DNA of 55,664 nucleotides from a virus (taxonomy: Duplodnaviria; Caudoviricetes). The position numbers and the translations under genes were made by a program. This document shows positions 1 through 9,109 of the stretch, one piece after another (the first letter of the stretch is position 1; each line of letters starts with the position of its first letter). The notes beneath the pieces were generated by a model. It made no database searches. It was not told where the DNA came from and saw only the letters and a program-made list of their open reading frames with translations. The stretch spans positions 1 through 55,664 of IMG/VR virus record IMGVR_UViG_3300019999_000002, one strand, 5' to 3'.

Positions 1-141
1 TCAGCGGTACAAACGCAGCGGTGTCTGGCGATATTCTCGCGGGCCTAAACGGCCAACTATCTCCCGGAACACTCAGACAATTACAGGATTACAACGCACA
101 GTACGCTACAGCTTCGGGGATGCCTGGAACCAACGCCATCT
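1..141. repeat. Terminal direct repeat, left copy (assembly circularity overlap)
   Basis: 1..141 matches 55524..55664 except position 15 (G versus T at 55538). An ORF reads through the junction. Confidence 0.95.
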
Positions 142-746
142 CTGGAACCCTGGCCAATAATCGTGGCGCCCGTGATCTCGGATCGTTCACCGAAAACCTC
201 AAAAACAAGGCGATTGACCAATATAACGCCACGATTCCAACCGTATCCCGAACTCAGACCGTCACACCTGAGTTACAAACGCAGATTGCTGATCGCAACT
301 CCGTCTATGGCGCGGCGCCGGACCCCACGCAGGCGCAGAACTATGCCCGCCAGCTTTTCAACCAGTATTATCAGGGCTTGCGAAATCCGGCAGGTGGGAC
401 TGGCAATTATAGTGGTGGTGGCGGAGCTGGCATTCCAGCGGGAGGAAGTGGCAACCGTGGCGACTCAAACCCAGCCGATGCGCTAAACCAACCAAACCGT
501 TTCGCTGGCTATCCGCCCAATCCATCGACGCCTCCCGGCCAGGCACCTTCCAGTCTGAATGCCGTTTGGGATGATTATTTTGGCGCTTACGTAAACCCAA
601 CCACGGGCGCGGTTGTTGACCAACCGGGCGGCACGCCATGGGACGAAACTCGCTACAACATTTGGGATGCGGCCAATCCGCAGACCAATCAGGGCGTAGG
701 CGACTTCAATTACGATCCCTACTCCGAGGATATGGCCTACGCATGA
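1..746 (+). CDS. 3' part of junction-spanning Gly/Asn/Pro/Gln-rich protein, probable internal virion (ejection) protein; starts at ATG 55352
   Basis: The frame of ORF 21..746 continues without a stop from MATLPRFSFGSG at 55352 across the overlap. Low-complexity composition and position after tail genes are typical of podovirus ejection proteins. Confidence 0.6.
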   Translation, partial: SGTNAAVSGDILAGLNGQLSPGTLRQLQDYNAQYATASGMPGTNAISGTLANNRGARDLGSFTENLKNKAIDQYNATIPTVSRTQTVTPELQTQIADRNSVYGAAPDPTQAQNYARQLFNQYYQGLRNPAGGTGNYSGGGGAGIPAGGSGNRGDSNPADALNQPNRFAGYPPNPSTPPGQAPSSLNAVWDDYFGAYVNPTTGAVVDQPGGTPWDETRYNIWDAANPQTNQGVGDFNYDPYSEDMAYA

Positions 747-1519
747 GCTTGTCGCCCGATGCCAGTTGGCTGCACCCGCCGAACTTCCTTCAAGCGATGG
801 AAGGCGGCGCTGGCTTGGCCCTCAAAGCTCGTGCTACCGATCTGGAGGAACGATCTACCGCCGACCGGCTCCAGCTTGCCTACGACCAATTGGCACAGAA
901 CGAGCGGCATCAGGCGATGGCTTTGCAGCAGCAATTAGAACTCAAAAAGGAAGCTGATGATCTGCGTCGGCAGGATTTACTGGAACAAAAGGATTATCAC
1001 GAATCCACGATTGACAGATACGCCAACGATTTAGGAGAGAGGACAAGGCACAATACAGCGATGGAGGGTAAAAACGTGCTCGCCGGTCCTGAGATAGTTA
1101 CTGGGCCGGACGGCAAGCAATACGTGAAAGTCTCTCCGAATACCTTTCGGCCTGTTACTCACCCGATGGAAACGCTCAAATACGACGAAACCATTCCGGG
1201 GACTCCAGAGATTCCAGAGAAGCGGGAAGGCGGATTCCTTGGATTTGGTTCGCATGTCGTTTCCGCCGCCGTCCCTGAGATTCCATCAAGGGTTGTACAT
1301 CACACGCGACGGGTTCCAGTCGGTGAGGATTTAGGAGCGAGTGATTTGCTTACCCAACCTTCCGCCGGCATATCTCCATTCACCGAAGGCCAAACCGTTC
1401 GCAATAAAAAGACCGGCGCTGTAGCCGTATGGCGCGGCGGGCGATTGGTTCCATTATCCGGCGCATCCGAGCAATCGGATGCCATTGACGAAACCGATTC
1501 TGGCGAGGAAGATCAATGA
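743..1519 (+). CDS. Probable internal virion/ejection protein
   Basis: ATGA overlap with the upstream stop (MSLSPDASW...). Coiled-coil N-half; C-terminal 'FTEGQTVRNKKTG...WRGG' motif of a kind seen at the ends of ejection proteins. Confidence 0.55.
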   Translation: MSLSPDASWLHPPNFLQAMEGGAGLALKARATDLEERSTADRLQLAYDQLAQNERHQAMALQQQLELKKEADDLRRQDLLEQKDYHESTIDRYANDLGERTRHNTAMEGKNVLAGPEIVTGPDGKQYVKVSPNTFRPVTHPMETLKYDETIPGTPEIPEKREGGFLGFGSHVVSAAVPEIPSRVVHHTRRVPVGEDLGASDLLTQPSAGISPFTEGQTVRNKKTGAVAVWRGGRLVPLSGASEQSDAIDETDSGEEDQ

Positions 1520-1520
1520 C

Positions 1521-4500
1521 ATGCCAGTGGACCTATCGGATTGGGAACCAGTAGCAGCGCCGAGCAAATCAAAAGCTGATTTTTCAGATTGGGAACCAGT
1601 TCCCGATACCGCAGGACCCTTCGAGCCATCGGGCGTCATTGACAAAACAAAACAGACCCTCCCCAGTCTCGAAATTCCAGAGTGGCAGACGCGCGAGATG
1701 ACACTGCATCCAACGGTGATGCCCGATGTCAAGCCTGCGCTAAATTTATACCAGCAGCTTACCAAACCTTTAGCCGAGACTAGGCAACAGGTATTCGAGC
1801 CGTTACGAGAAATGGAAGGCATCAAGCCGCAACCGGAATGGATGCAGGTTCCCGAACCCCCAAGGCAGCCAAGCACAGGGTTGGAAAAGGGCGAGGACAT
1901 TTTAGAAGGTGTCCTGAAAACAGGATCATCATTTGCCGATTTCTTCACTTCCCCTTTGGGCGTTGGAACATTGGGAATCGGCTCATTGCCTGCCGCACTT
2001 CAAAAAGTTGTCGCTCTCGGTTTCGCCACGACGATGGCCAAAGAAGTCCCGCATATCGCAACCGAACTTGGAACAGAACTCGGAAAGCCAAAAGAGGAAC
2101 AAGACCTGGCCAGGATTTCCGAGTTGGTGAGTCAGGCTGTTGCCAACACGGGCTTTGCCGCATTGGGTGCGGCACATGGCGCAGGCCGTCCACTCGCTGA
2201 AAAGTTGGGGGCTTATCCCGCAACCGATATTTCGGAACCCGCAGCAACTCAACCTCCAGACTTCAACCAAGGAGAACCAAATGCCAATCCGCAGCCAAGC
2301 CCAGTGGAGATACCTCGCAATCCACCACCCGAACCTGCTGCACAAGTGGCAGCAAGAGAGCCCGGTGCTGTTCAACAGCCTGCCGAAGCACCACCCAAAG
2401 GAGAAGATCAGGGCGAAACTCAAAGCCAAGCGCCGGAAGAAGTAGCTTCTCCAATTGCAGATAACCTCTATGTAACTGACGATCTGAGTCTCAGAAACGC
2501 TCCGGTTAAACTCTCCGACGTAATTGGTGTAAAAAAAACCACCAACGATTCTGTACAAACCGTTTACGCAATCCGATACCGCTTTCTGGAACGAGATGGT
2601 AAGCTATCAGAAGGACTGGCCTACAGTGATGATCCGGTTTGGGAACTGCATGAAAAGTTCGGAAAGGGGTTTGGAGAGACAAAATCAACAGAAAAAGCAG
2701 CGGCTCAACCATCCCCGCCAGTTGAGGCAAGTCCTGCCGCAGCAACTCCTGCCCAAGAGCAAGGTCCGGGGATTGTGGGGAATCCTGACATCACAACCGG
2801 GGCATTGGGCAAGAAAGGAATGGGCGCAGCGAATTACAGCGAGGTTGAAGGCCAAGGCGATCCTGATATTTACGGCGTAGCGGAACGTGTCAGGGAACAA
2901 CGTGCCAAGGCCGGTCAGACCATTCCCATTGACCCCGGCAAAGGTGTGAGCGCACTTGAAGCCGTGGTTCACGGCCAGGACTTATTGGCCAAAGACCCCA
3001 ATTCGGCGAGAGTTGCGGTTGATGAATTCTCAAAGAATAAGGCCATCTCGTTTGACGGAATGGCCGCTACCCGAGCAATGGGAGAAAAAGCTTTTCGTGA
3101 TGCGCGACGAATCGAAGAAAAGTTCGGCACGGATTCGCCCGAATACAAAGCCGCGTTCCTGGATGCTGTCCAGTGGGACAAAGCCAGCAAAGAGATGCAG
3201 ACCGAGTGGCACAAGCAAGGCCGAGCGCAACAGGGCCAAACCGACATAGACACCGGCTCATTCACCGGACTCCAAAGAGCGTTCAAGTCAGACACCGAAA
3301 AAGATTTTACCCCCAATCAGGCAGGCACAGCCAAGAAAAAGGCTTCCAAGGTCAAGCAGGCTTCCGATGCTGCGACCGAAGCCAAAGGAAAACTATTAGA
3401 TCATCTCGACAAAGAATCCAAGGGGACGGATGCGGAGAAACGCGCTCTCGACGCCGCAAATAAAACCGTTCGAGAAAACGCCATTCGGATTGCTGAACTG
3501 GAAAATAAAGTCCGCATTGCCCGCACAGTCCGGGAAGGTGAGATAGCCAGGATTCAACTTGAGCGCGAGAACGTCAATCAGCGGGCCGCGCAACAGGGGG
3601 CCCGATCAGCCGCGGTTAAGCTGGCCGAAGCTGAAAACAAGAAGCGTATTGCAGAATCTTCTCGCAAGGCTCTGGACGATCAGGTTAAGGCCACACAGAA
3701 GGCTTTGGATTCCGCTCGCAAGGTAGCCACGGACGCAGCAACCAAGTTGGCCGATGCTGAGACAAAACAGCGTGTCTCAAAATCCTCCTCGGATCGAAAG
3801 GCTGCGAATGCTGAACGTCTTAAAATCCAAAAGGTTCTCGACGCCGCAAATAAACAAGTGAGAGACGCCGCAGTTGCTCTTGCAAAGGCTGAACGCGATG
3901 CCAGAGCCAACCCCGAACAAGCCGTTTGGAAAAAGGTCCGGGAGTATCTCGACAAAGGCGAGGATGATTTTGACGAAATCCGAAACAAGGTCGCTACCGA
4001 CCTGGGGATGAAGGTTGAGAAAGTCACCCGCCTTTTGAACGAAACAAAGCGTGCAAAGTTTTTGGCCGATGACGTTTGGCGCAAGCAGCAAACCGAACGC
4101 CGAATGAAGGAAGATGCGAAACGATGGCTGACAAGTATTGAAACGCCATTCTACCACAAGGCGCTTGCCAACATTCCAAAGATTTTGTTTGGGTTGAAAG
4201 TCGGTTTTCACGGCACGGTTGCGCTCGGCACTCACGCCCCAATGGTAGCTTTCCAGCCCCGCTTTTGGAACAGCTACATTCGGGACTTCGGCAAAATGTA
4301 TCGGATGGTCAATCCAAAGGGCGGGAAGGCTTATTACGAAATGCAGGTCCAGGATCTGCTTCGCCGAAAGAATTATGTCACTGCTCGCCGTGCCGGCCTG
4401 GTAAACGATCCGTTCGTTTTCGAGGATTACAACAGCCCCGACACAGCCAAATATTTCGGGGGATTAACCGGCATGGGAAACCGCGGCTATTCCGTTCTCA

Positions 4501-5402
4501 AGATTCTCCGTCAGGACATGTTCGATCAGCACTGGAACAAACTGCCTAAGACTTCACAAATTCCAGAAGTCGCCGCCGCAATCGCAGACGGCATCAATCA
4601 CGCAACTGGTGTCGTAAAAGGAAAAGCTCCAAGCGGGGCCAACATCGCCCTGTTTGCCCCCCGGCTCGAAGCCTCTCGCGCAATGTGGCTGTTAGGCGAT
4701 CCGATTCGTGCCGCCGATACCTTCATCAATTGGAAGGATTCATCTCTTGGTGAGAAGCAATTCGCTATAAATCAGGTCAAAGAAAAGGCGTGGGTTGCTG
4801 GAACATTTTTTGGATTGCTCGCTCTCAACCAGGGTTTTCTTTCTGCAACCGGCAGCAATCAGAAGGTCAATATGACCGACCCAATGAAAAGCGATTTTAT
4901 GAAATTCAAAGTCGCCGGAATGCAGGTCTCCTACGGCAATGCCATGCTCTCGATGGCTCGTCTCCCATTACGCCTCTGGGTTGGGATAAAAAACGAAGGG
5001 AAACTCAACAAGATCATCTACGAGGATGAAAATACCGCCAAGACCCTGTTCGATTATGCCCGCAGTCAATCCAGCCCATTCATGGGTTTAATCCTGGACC
5101 TCGCTTTCGGCAGGGACTTTCAGGGGCGCCCGCTGCCGCGCGCTGGCTTCGGATTACTTCCAGCAAGAACCGCGATGCCCAAACGATTACGGGCTCTCGG
5201 AGCAAAACCTTATACCTGGCCGGAGTACGCCGCCGAAACGCTCTCTATGATCCCCGTTTCCGAAGCCTTGAAAGAAGTCTGGGGCAAAGGCATGGGCATG
5301 AGTGATGAGCAGATGAGGCACGCGCTAAAGGCTCTTGCTGAAATTTCCTTCATCGGAGGAACTGGAGGCAGGCTCACAGACGACATTCAGCCAAAACCAT
5401 AA
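1521..5402 (+). CDS. Large (~1290 aa) probable internal virion/DNA-ejection protein
   Basis: Longest ORF and last of the tail/ejection operon. Doubled SDWEPV at the N-terminus, Pro/Ala/Glu linker, Ala/Lys coiled coil with (A/V)LD(A/S)A(N/R)K repeats. No catalytic motif recognised. Confidence 0.6.
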   Translation: MPVDLSDWEPVAAPSKSKADFSDWEPVPDTAGPFEPSGVIDKTKQTLPSLEIPEWQTREMTLHPTVMPDVKPALNLYQQLTKPLAETRQQVFEPLREMEGIKPQPEWMQVPEPPRQPSTGLEKGEDILEGVLKTGSSFADFFTSPLGVGTLGIGSLPAALQKVVALGFATTMAKEVPHIATELGTELGKPKEEQDLARISELVSQAVANTGFAALGAAHGAGRPLAEKLGAYPATDISEPAATQPPDFNQGEPNANPQPSPVEIPRNPPPEPAAQVAAREPGAVQQPAEAPPKGEDQGETQSQAPEEVASPIADNLYVTDDLSLRNAPVKLSDVIGVKKTTNDSVQTVYAIRYRFLERDGKLSEGLAYSDDPVWELHEKFGKGFGETKSTEKAAAQPSPPVEASPAAATPAQEQGPGIVGNPDITTGALGKKGMGAANYSEVEGQGDPDIYGVAERVREQRAKAGQTIPIDPGKGVSALEAVVHGQDLLAKDPNSARVAVDEFSKNKAISFDGMAATRAMGEKAFRDARRIEEKFGTDSPEYKAAFLDAVQWDKASKEMQTEWHKQGRAQQGQTDIDTGSFTGLQRAFKSDTEKDFTPNQAGTAKKKASKVKQASDAATEAKGKLLDHLDKESKGTDAEKRALDAANKTVRENAIRIAELENKVRIARTVREGEIARIQLERENVNQRAAQQGARSAAVKLAEAENKKRIAESSRKALDDQVKATQKALDSARKVATDAATKLADAETKQRVSKSSSDRKAANAERLKIQKVLDAANKQVRDAAVALAKAERDARANPEQAVWKKVREYLDKGEDDFDEIRNKVATDLGMKVEKVTRLLNETKRAKFLADDVWRKQQTERRMKEDAKRWLTSIETPFYHKALANIPKILFGLKVGFHGTVALGTHAPMVAFQPRFWNSYIRDFGKMYRMVNPKGGKAYYEMQVQDLLRRKNYVTARRAGLVNDPFVFEDYNSPDTAKYFGGLTGMGNRGYSVLKILRQDMFDQHWNKLPKTSQIPEVAAAIADGINHATGVVKGKAPSGANIALFAPRLEASRAMWLLGDPIRAADTFINWKDSSLGEKQFAINQVKEKAWVAGTFFGLLALNQGFLSATGSNQKVNMTDPMKSDFMKFKVAGMQVSYGNAMLSMARLPLRLWVGIKNEGKLNKIIYEDENTAKTLFDYARSQSSPFMGLILDLAFGRDFQGRPLPRAGFGLLPARTAMPKRLRALGAKPYTWPEYAAETLSMIPVSEALKEVWGKGMGMSDEQMRHALKALAEISFIGGTGGRLTDDIQPKP

Positions 5403-5406
5403 CTTT

Positions 5407-5478
5407 CCACCCTCCCGCCCGAGCGATAATCTGTGAACTCTCCTCGAGGCCACCGACGCGATGACGGCGGGAGGGTGG
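5407..5478. terminator. 13-bp perfect inverted repeat directly after the stop codon; possible terminator or processing stem
   Basis: CCACCCTCCCGCC (5407-5419) / GGCGGGAGGGTGG (5466-5478). Long loop, no U-tract. Confidence 0.4.
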
Positions 5479-5629
5479 GATCCATGAAAATAATGCTTGC
5501 CACCCTTTCGCAAACGTGCGATTCGTATCCCAAGATGACTTGGACCATCATAGAAACGCCCGTGCAGGGCGGGAGGGGAGCGCCGCTTCTCTCGTCCAAG
5601 CCGCCTTGCACAGGCGTTTTTGATTTAAT

Positions 5630-5709
5630 GGAGCCTATAGCTCAACGGACAGAGCGCAGGGAGAACGCCTCTCTGCGGTCATCGGTTCAACTCCGACACG
5701 GCTCCACCA
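5630..5709 (+). ncRNA. tRNA-like element without a canonical anticodon loop (pseudo-tRNA)
   Basis: GGAGCC/GGCTCC + A + CCA. D-arm TA-GCTC-AACGGACA-GAGC; T-arm TCGG-TTCAACT-CCGA. The central arm is an 8-bp stem GCAGGGAG/CTCTCTGC with a 5-nt loop. Confidence 0.7.
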
Positions 5710-5866
5710 ATTCCATAGATTCCTGCCCCTCCTGTGGCTACCCTCCCTCCGATTGCACCTGCCACCCTCAATGGATGGCCTCCCTTTGCTCCGTAACAAG
5801 TCCCGCTAGAACCGCCGCAACTACCCGGGCGCGGTTGAGCGGAGCAGCCAATTTGCACCATTCAAA

Positions 5867-6712
5867 ATGCCCTATTCAGATCCAGAAATAGGCAGACAGA
5901 GGAAGCGGTTGTGGTTAAAAAATAACGCCGCAAAGGCCGCTCAATATGCCAGGAATTTCCGTCAAAGGCACAGGGATAGAATCAATAAAGAGGCTTACGA
6001 CAAGATACTCGCCACAAGACCTCCCAAACCAGAAAAATGCACCGCTTGTGACTCGAATCGAATTAGATGGTCCAATGGTGCCTGGGAATGCGCGGATTGC
6101 TGCCGTATATCCGCCGAAAAGAGATCGGTTGAGAGAAATAGGATTGAGCAGATAAACGAACGTTACCAATGCCTTATCCCTCTTTACGGACAGAAAGCAG
6201 CCGATATTTACCGAGGTCACGCCATAAAGCATCCTTACAAGCTCAGATATGGCCCACAAACCATCCACCGGCTCTGTCTGCCACGAGACTACCAGAAACT
6301 CTCAGAAGCCAATCTGGAACGTATTTATACTCTCAACGTCCTTCTCAAACTTCCATTCGGAAACATAGGCTGGACGTGTCAGAAATGCGGTGTTTATTCC
6401 GGAGAGTTCGCCTTCTTCGACATAGATCATATATCTCCAAGACTTAAAGGCGGTCACGGCAAAAAAGATAACCTCCAAGTTCTGTGCCCGAACTGCCACC
6501 GAAAGAAAACCTTGCTGGACGTTTTTAATCGAACAATTTGCCACACCGAATTACTTTCAATACATACACCGGAGCCTCGCGCTACCTACCCCGCTCCCAC
6601 GGTTAGACCCCTGTCCCATACGTCACGGGAACCGTCGCAACAACACCCTATAAGTGGCCAGAATCATGTACCGCCACGACCGCCCTCTGTGTCCCTAGAA
6701 GCCATAGCCTGA
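5867..6712 (+). CDS. HNH endonuclease with zinc-ribbon motifs
   Basis: CQKCG...DIDHISPRLKGG...NLQVLCPNCHRKKT. Additional CxxC pairs in the N-terminal part. Confidence 0.85.
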   Translation: MPYSDPEIGRQRKRLWLKNNAAKAAQYARNFRQRHRDRINKEAYDKILATRPPKPEKCTACDSNRIRWSNGAWECADCCRISAEKRSVERNRIEQINERYQCLIPLYGQKAADIYRGHAIKHPYKLRYGPQTIHRLCLPRDYQKLSEANLERIYTLNVLLKLPFGNIGWTCQKCGVYSGEFAFFDIDHISPRLKGGHGKKDNLQVLCPNCHRKKTLLDVFNRTICHTELLSIHTPEPRATYPAPTVRPLSHTSREPSQQHPISGQNHVPPRPPSVSLEAIA

Positions 6713-7064
6713 CCGCAGGACAGCAGGCTAAACCCGCGAATAGAGCTTCTCAGGACCGCCCACACGGGGGAGTGCTCTGCCTCCATACTGACCGAATCCA
6801 CCCCAAACCCAAAATAATCGCCTTACAGGTCTTTGGCATTGGAAAAGTTTCCAAATTTGGCTTGTTGCAAAAGACGGGGCATGGGCATGAGCGAGCCAGA
6901 TCGAGCCCCCTCCCGGCCTAGTATGGCGGGGACGGATCCAGGAAAAAGAATGCTTGGGATCGGGTCGCGTCCAGGCTGTCTTGCGGTGTCTGCCCTGAAG
7001 GATTTCGCACAATGTGTCTTGTGTTCAATCGCACTTGTGCGAACACACAGCGGGCGTGAGCGGA

Positions 7065-7529
7065 TTAGCCTTGTGGTTTGGATGGATCTGGCGGGATCGT
7101 CCGCACACCACCTGTTGGGGTCTCGACACCACAAGCGGGCGCTGGAGCTGGCTCGAACTGGGGAACGAAGGATTGCCGGCGCTGCTTCGGGCCGGGATCG
7201 AGGACGGCCTTGCGGACGGCTGGCAAGCTGCGGTCAGACAGCCGGCGCTCTTGTTCTTCGAGCTTCGAGGATGCGGCGGCCAGGCGGTCGAGCTTGGCAG
7301 GGTCGTCCTCGGTAAGCAGCATCTCATCAATCCGTTTCAACTGTTTTCGCACACGCGCCAATCTCAGGGCTGAGAATGTCCGGTCAGGCTTCGGCTCTGG
7401 TAAAGGCTCAGGTTGAACGAGCTTTTTTGAGGCAATCGCAGCATGACCTTTCAGGCTAAAGGCTCTGGCTTCTTCAGGCGTCCAACGATGTTTTGGGCGG
7501 ATGGCTGGGATCGGCTCGGAAGCGGTCAT
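7065..7529 (-). CDS. Hypothetical protein; possible terminase small subunit-like
   Basis: N-terminal WTPEEARAFSLKG resembles the KGG-type motif often found at TerS N-termini, followed by helical segments. It lies far from terL, so the call is weak. Confidence 0.35.
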   Translation of the reverse strand: MTASEPIPAIRPKHRWTPEEARAFSLKGHAAIASKKLVQPEPLPEPKPDRTFSALRLARVRKQLKRIDEMLLTEDDPAKLDRLAAASSKLEEQERRLSDRSLPAVRKAVLDPGPKQRRQSFVPQFEPAPAPACGVETPTGGVRTIPPDPSKPQG

Positions 7530-7648
7530 TCATGGTAAATCGGTGTTTTGGGTGAGTTTGGCAAGGAAAAAACGGTAGTGTCCTAATATTGAGATTGCGG
7601 TGATTTTCTTTTCGGTTGGTAAGTTGTTTGCCATAACGTTATTTATTG

Positions 7649-7684
7649 TTGACTTATCGTAATACGAAATATACATTTAGTCAA
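7649..7684. promoter_or_regulatory. Overlapping, oppositely oriented sigma70-type promoters
   Basis: Plus: TTGACT(7649)-N17-TACATT(7672). Minus: TTGACT(7684-7679)-N17-TACGAT. AT-rich intergenic region between divergent genes. Confidence 0.7.
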
Positions 7685-7714
7685 CATTTATTTTCGTATT
7701 ACTTAAAGTATTTT

Positions 7715-7900
7715 ATGAGCAATAAAATGGGCAGACCAACGATTCCAAAGGGCCAGATCAAATATCCGCTCTGTGTTCGGGTGACCCCCACCGAAAGGAT
7801 AGCCATACAGAAGGCCGCAACTGCTTGTGGATTGACCACGTCAGTTTTTTGTAGAAACGGCTTGCTTTATCTGGCGCAGAGTGGTATTCGTATTACGTAA
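7715..7900 (+). CDS. Ribbon-helix-helix (Arc/MobC-like) DNA-binding protein
   Basis: MGRP...LCVRVTPTERIAIQKAATACGLTTSVFCR fits the RHH strand-helix-helix pattern. Confidence 0.7.
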   Translation: MSNKMGRPTIPKGQIKYPLCVRVTPTERIAIQKAATACGLTTSVFCRNGLLYLAQSGIRIT

Positions 7901-7906
7901 ATTAGA

Positions 7907-7996
7907 TGGAGCACATGGGGATCGAGCCCCGTTGCTATCAACAACGTCCTAGAGGTGTATGCCTCTTTACTGGCTCCAGCCGGTGGAATGTGCCCC
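7907..7996 (-). ncRNA. tRNA-like four-way junction with 9/3 geometry, long variable arm and G3.U70
   Basis: GGGGCACAT/ATGTGCTCC + A; GGG-CTCGATC-CCC; CGTTGT...GCAACG; AGAGG-CATACA-CCTCT. Extended -10 TGCTATAAC upstream at 8085-8077. Confidence 0.5.
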
Positions 7997-8124
7997 GCTA
8001 ATTTGCCTTCGGGCCAGATGGCACTCTGCAACGAGTTTATCGCCACTTGGCCCGTGCCTTTTACGCTCTGGATTGAGTTATAGCACGTTTTGATTGATGG
8101 GGCTGGTAGATTTTGGACGTGGGT

Positions 8125-8156
8125 AAAGAGAAAGCCCCGCGTGGTTAGTGCGGGGC
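8125..8156 (-). terminator. Rho-independent terminator
   Basis: Minus strand GCCCCGC-N9-GCGGGGC followed by TTTCTCTTT, about 30 nt after the stop at 8185. Confidence 0.7.
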
Positions 8157-8184
8157 GTGGGGGAAGGGAGGATTGTGGGCTAGT

Positions 8185-8718
8185 TCAGCCGAACCGTTTG
8201 CCTGATTCGGTGAAGGTGTATTCATTGGCTTTGATACTCTCGTCAACCTGCTCGTCTGACATGAGGTATTCCATTTCCTTCTGGAGCATGGTGGAATAGT
8301 CTTCGAGCAGGGATTTGAGGAAGCCTTCGTCCAGTTCCCCGCGTTTGTCTTGCCATGAATCGTACTCGCAATTGGTTTCATCGTCGCCGTCAACGGCTTT
8401 AATCTTAGCGTTAAGCTTGGCAAGGTCCGCGAGGAATGAGGTTGCGGTTTTGAACGACTCGCAGTCTTTGCCGTGCTCGGCAAGAATCAGATTGGCGCAT
8501 TGGGTTGCACCGCCGAAAACGCTAAACTCGCCGGTTGCATGGCGGTTGCGGTCCAAGTCAAACCCAGTGATTTTCAGACCGATGTTCTTGGCATCCTCGC
8601 AAGTGCTTTCCCACCATTCATAGTCGAGGGCGTGTTCTCTGTACCAGTTGCGGGCTTTCTCTTTGGCTGAGTCGGACAGTTCCTCGAATGAGTAAACGGC
8701 TGTAGTGATTGTCTTCAT
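8185..8718 (-). CDS. Acidic conserved phage early protein
   Basis: VYSFEELSDSAKEKAR...IKANEYTFTESGK termini are recognisable from a common phage family. Strongly acidic; has its own terminator. Confidence 0.7.
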   Translation of the reverse strand: MKTITTAVYSFEELSDSAKEKARNWYREHALDYEWWESTCEDAKNIGLKITGFDLDRNRHATGEFSVFGGATQCANLILAEHGKDCESFKTATSFLADLAKLNAKIKAVDGDDETNCEYDSWQDKRGELDEGFLKSLLEDYSTMLQKEMEYLMSDEQVDESIKANEYTFTESGKRFG

Positions 8719-9109
8719 AGCTTCATTCCATTAAAGCGCGGCGCCGGGACGGTGGAATGAAGCGAGGGCTTCCCGCCCCGGGCCGCAAATTGGTTTGAGT
8801 TAAGCTTCATTCCGTGGACAGTGTGCGCTTTTATCGGAGATCTGTAAACCCGGGGCGAACCCGCGTCGTGGGGCAGGGGAAACCACTGGGTTTTGGTTAA
8901 AGTCCCGGGGAACGCCCGGGGTCGTTTCCAGCGTTTCCCCTGGGCCACGATTAGTAATCGCCCCGGTTGTGAGATTTTCGGGATTGTGAGAGACTTTGAT
9001 CGTGAAGCTCGAAAATCAAATCCGTCCTCCCTCTGGGCAACTCGCTGGATCGAGCTTCACAACTTCAACTGGCGAGACTCGGAGGGAGGACAGAGAGGAT
9101 AAAGAAAAT

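Noticed and set aside
7907-7996. tmRNA or tRNA-Sec
   Set aside because: Only 90 nt with no tag reading frame, and no UCA anticodon.
7997-8060. c-di-GMP-I riboswitch (GGCAAA present on the minus strand)
   Set aside because: The remaining consensus (GNRA-capped P2, GCAAAG and receptor) is not in the right order.
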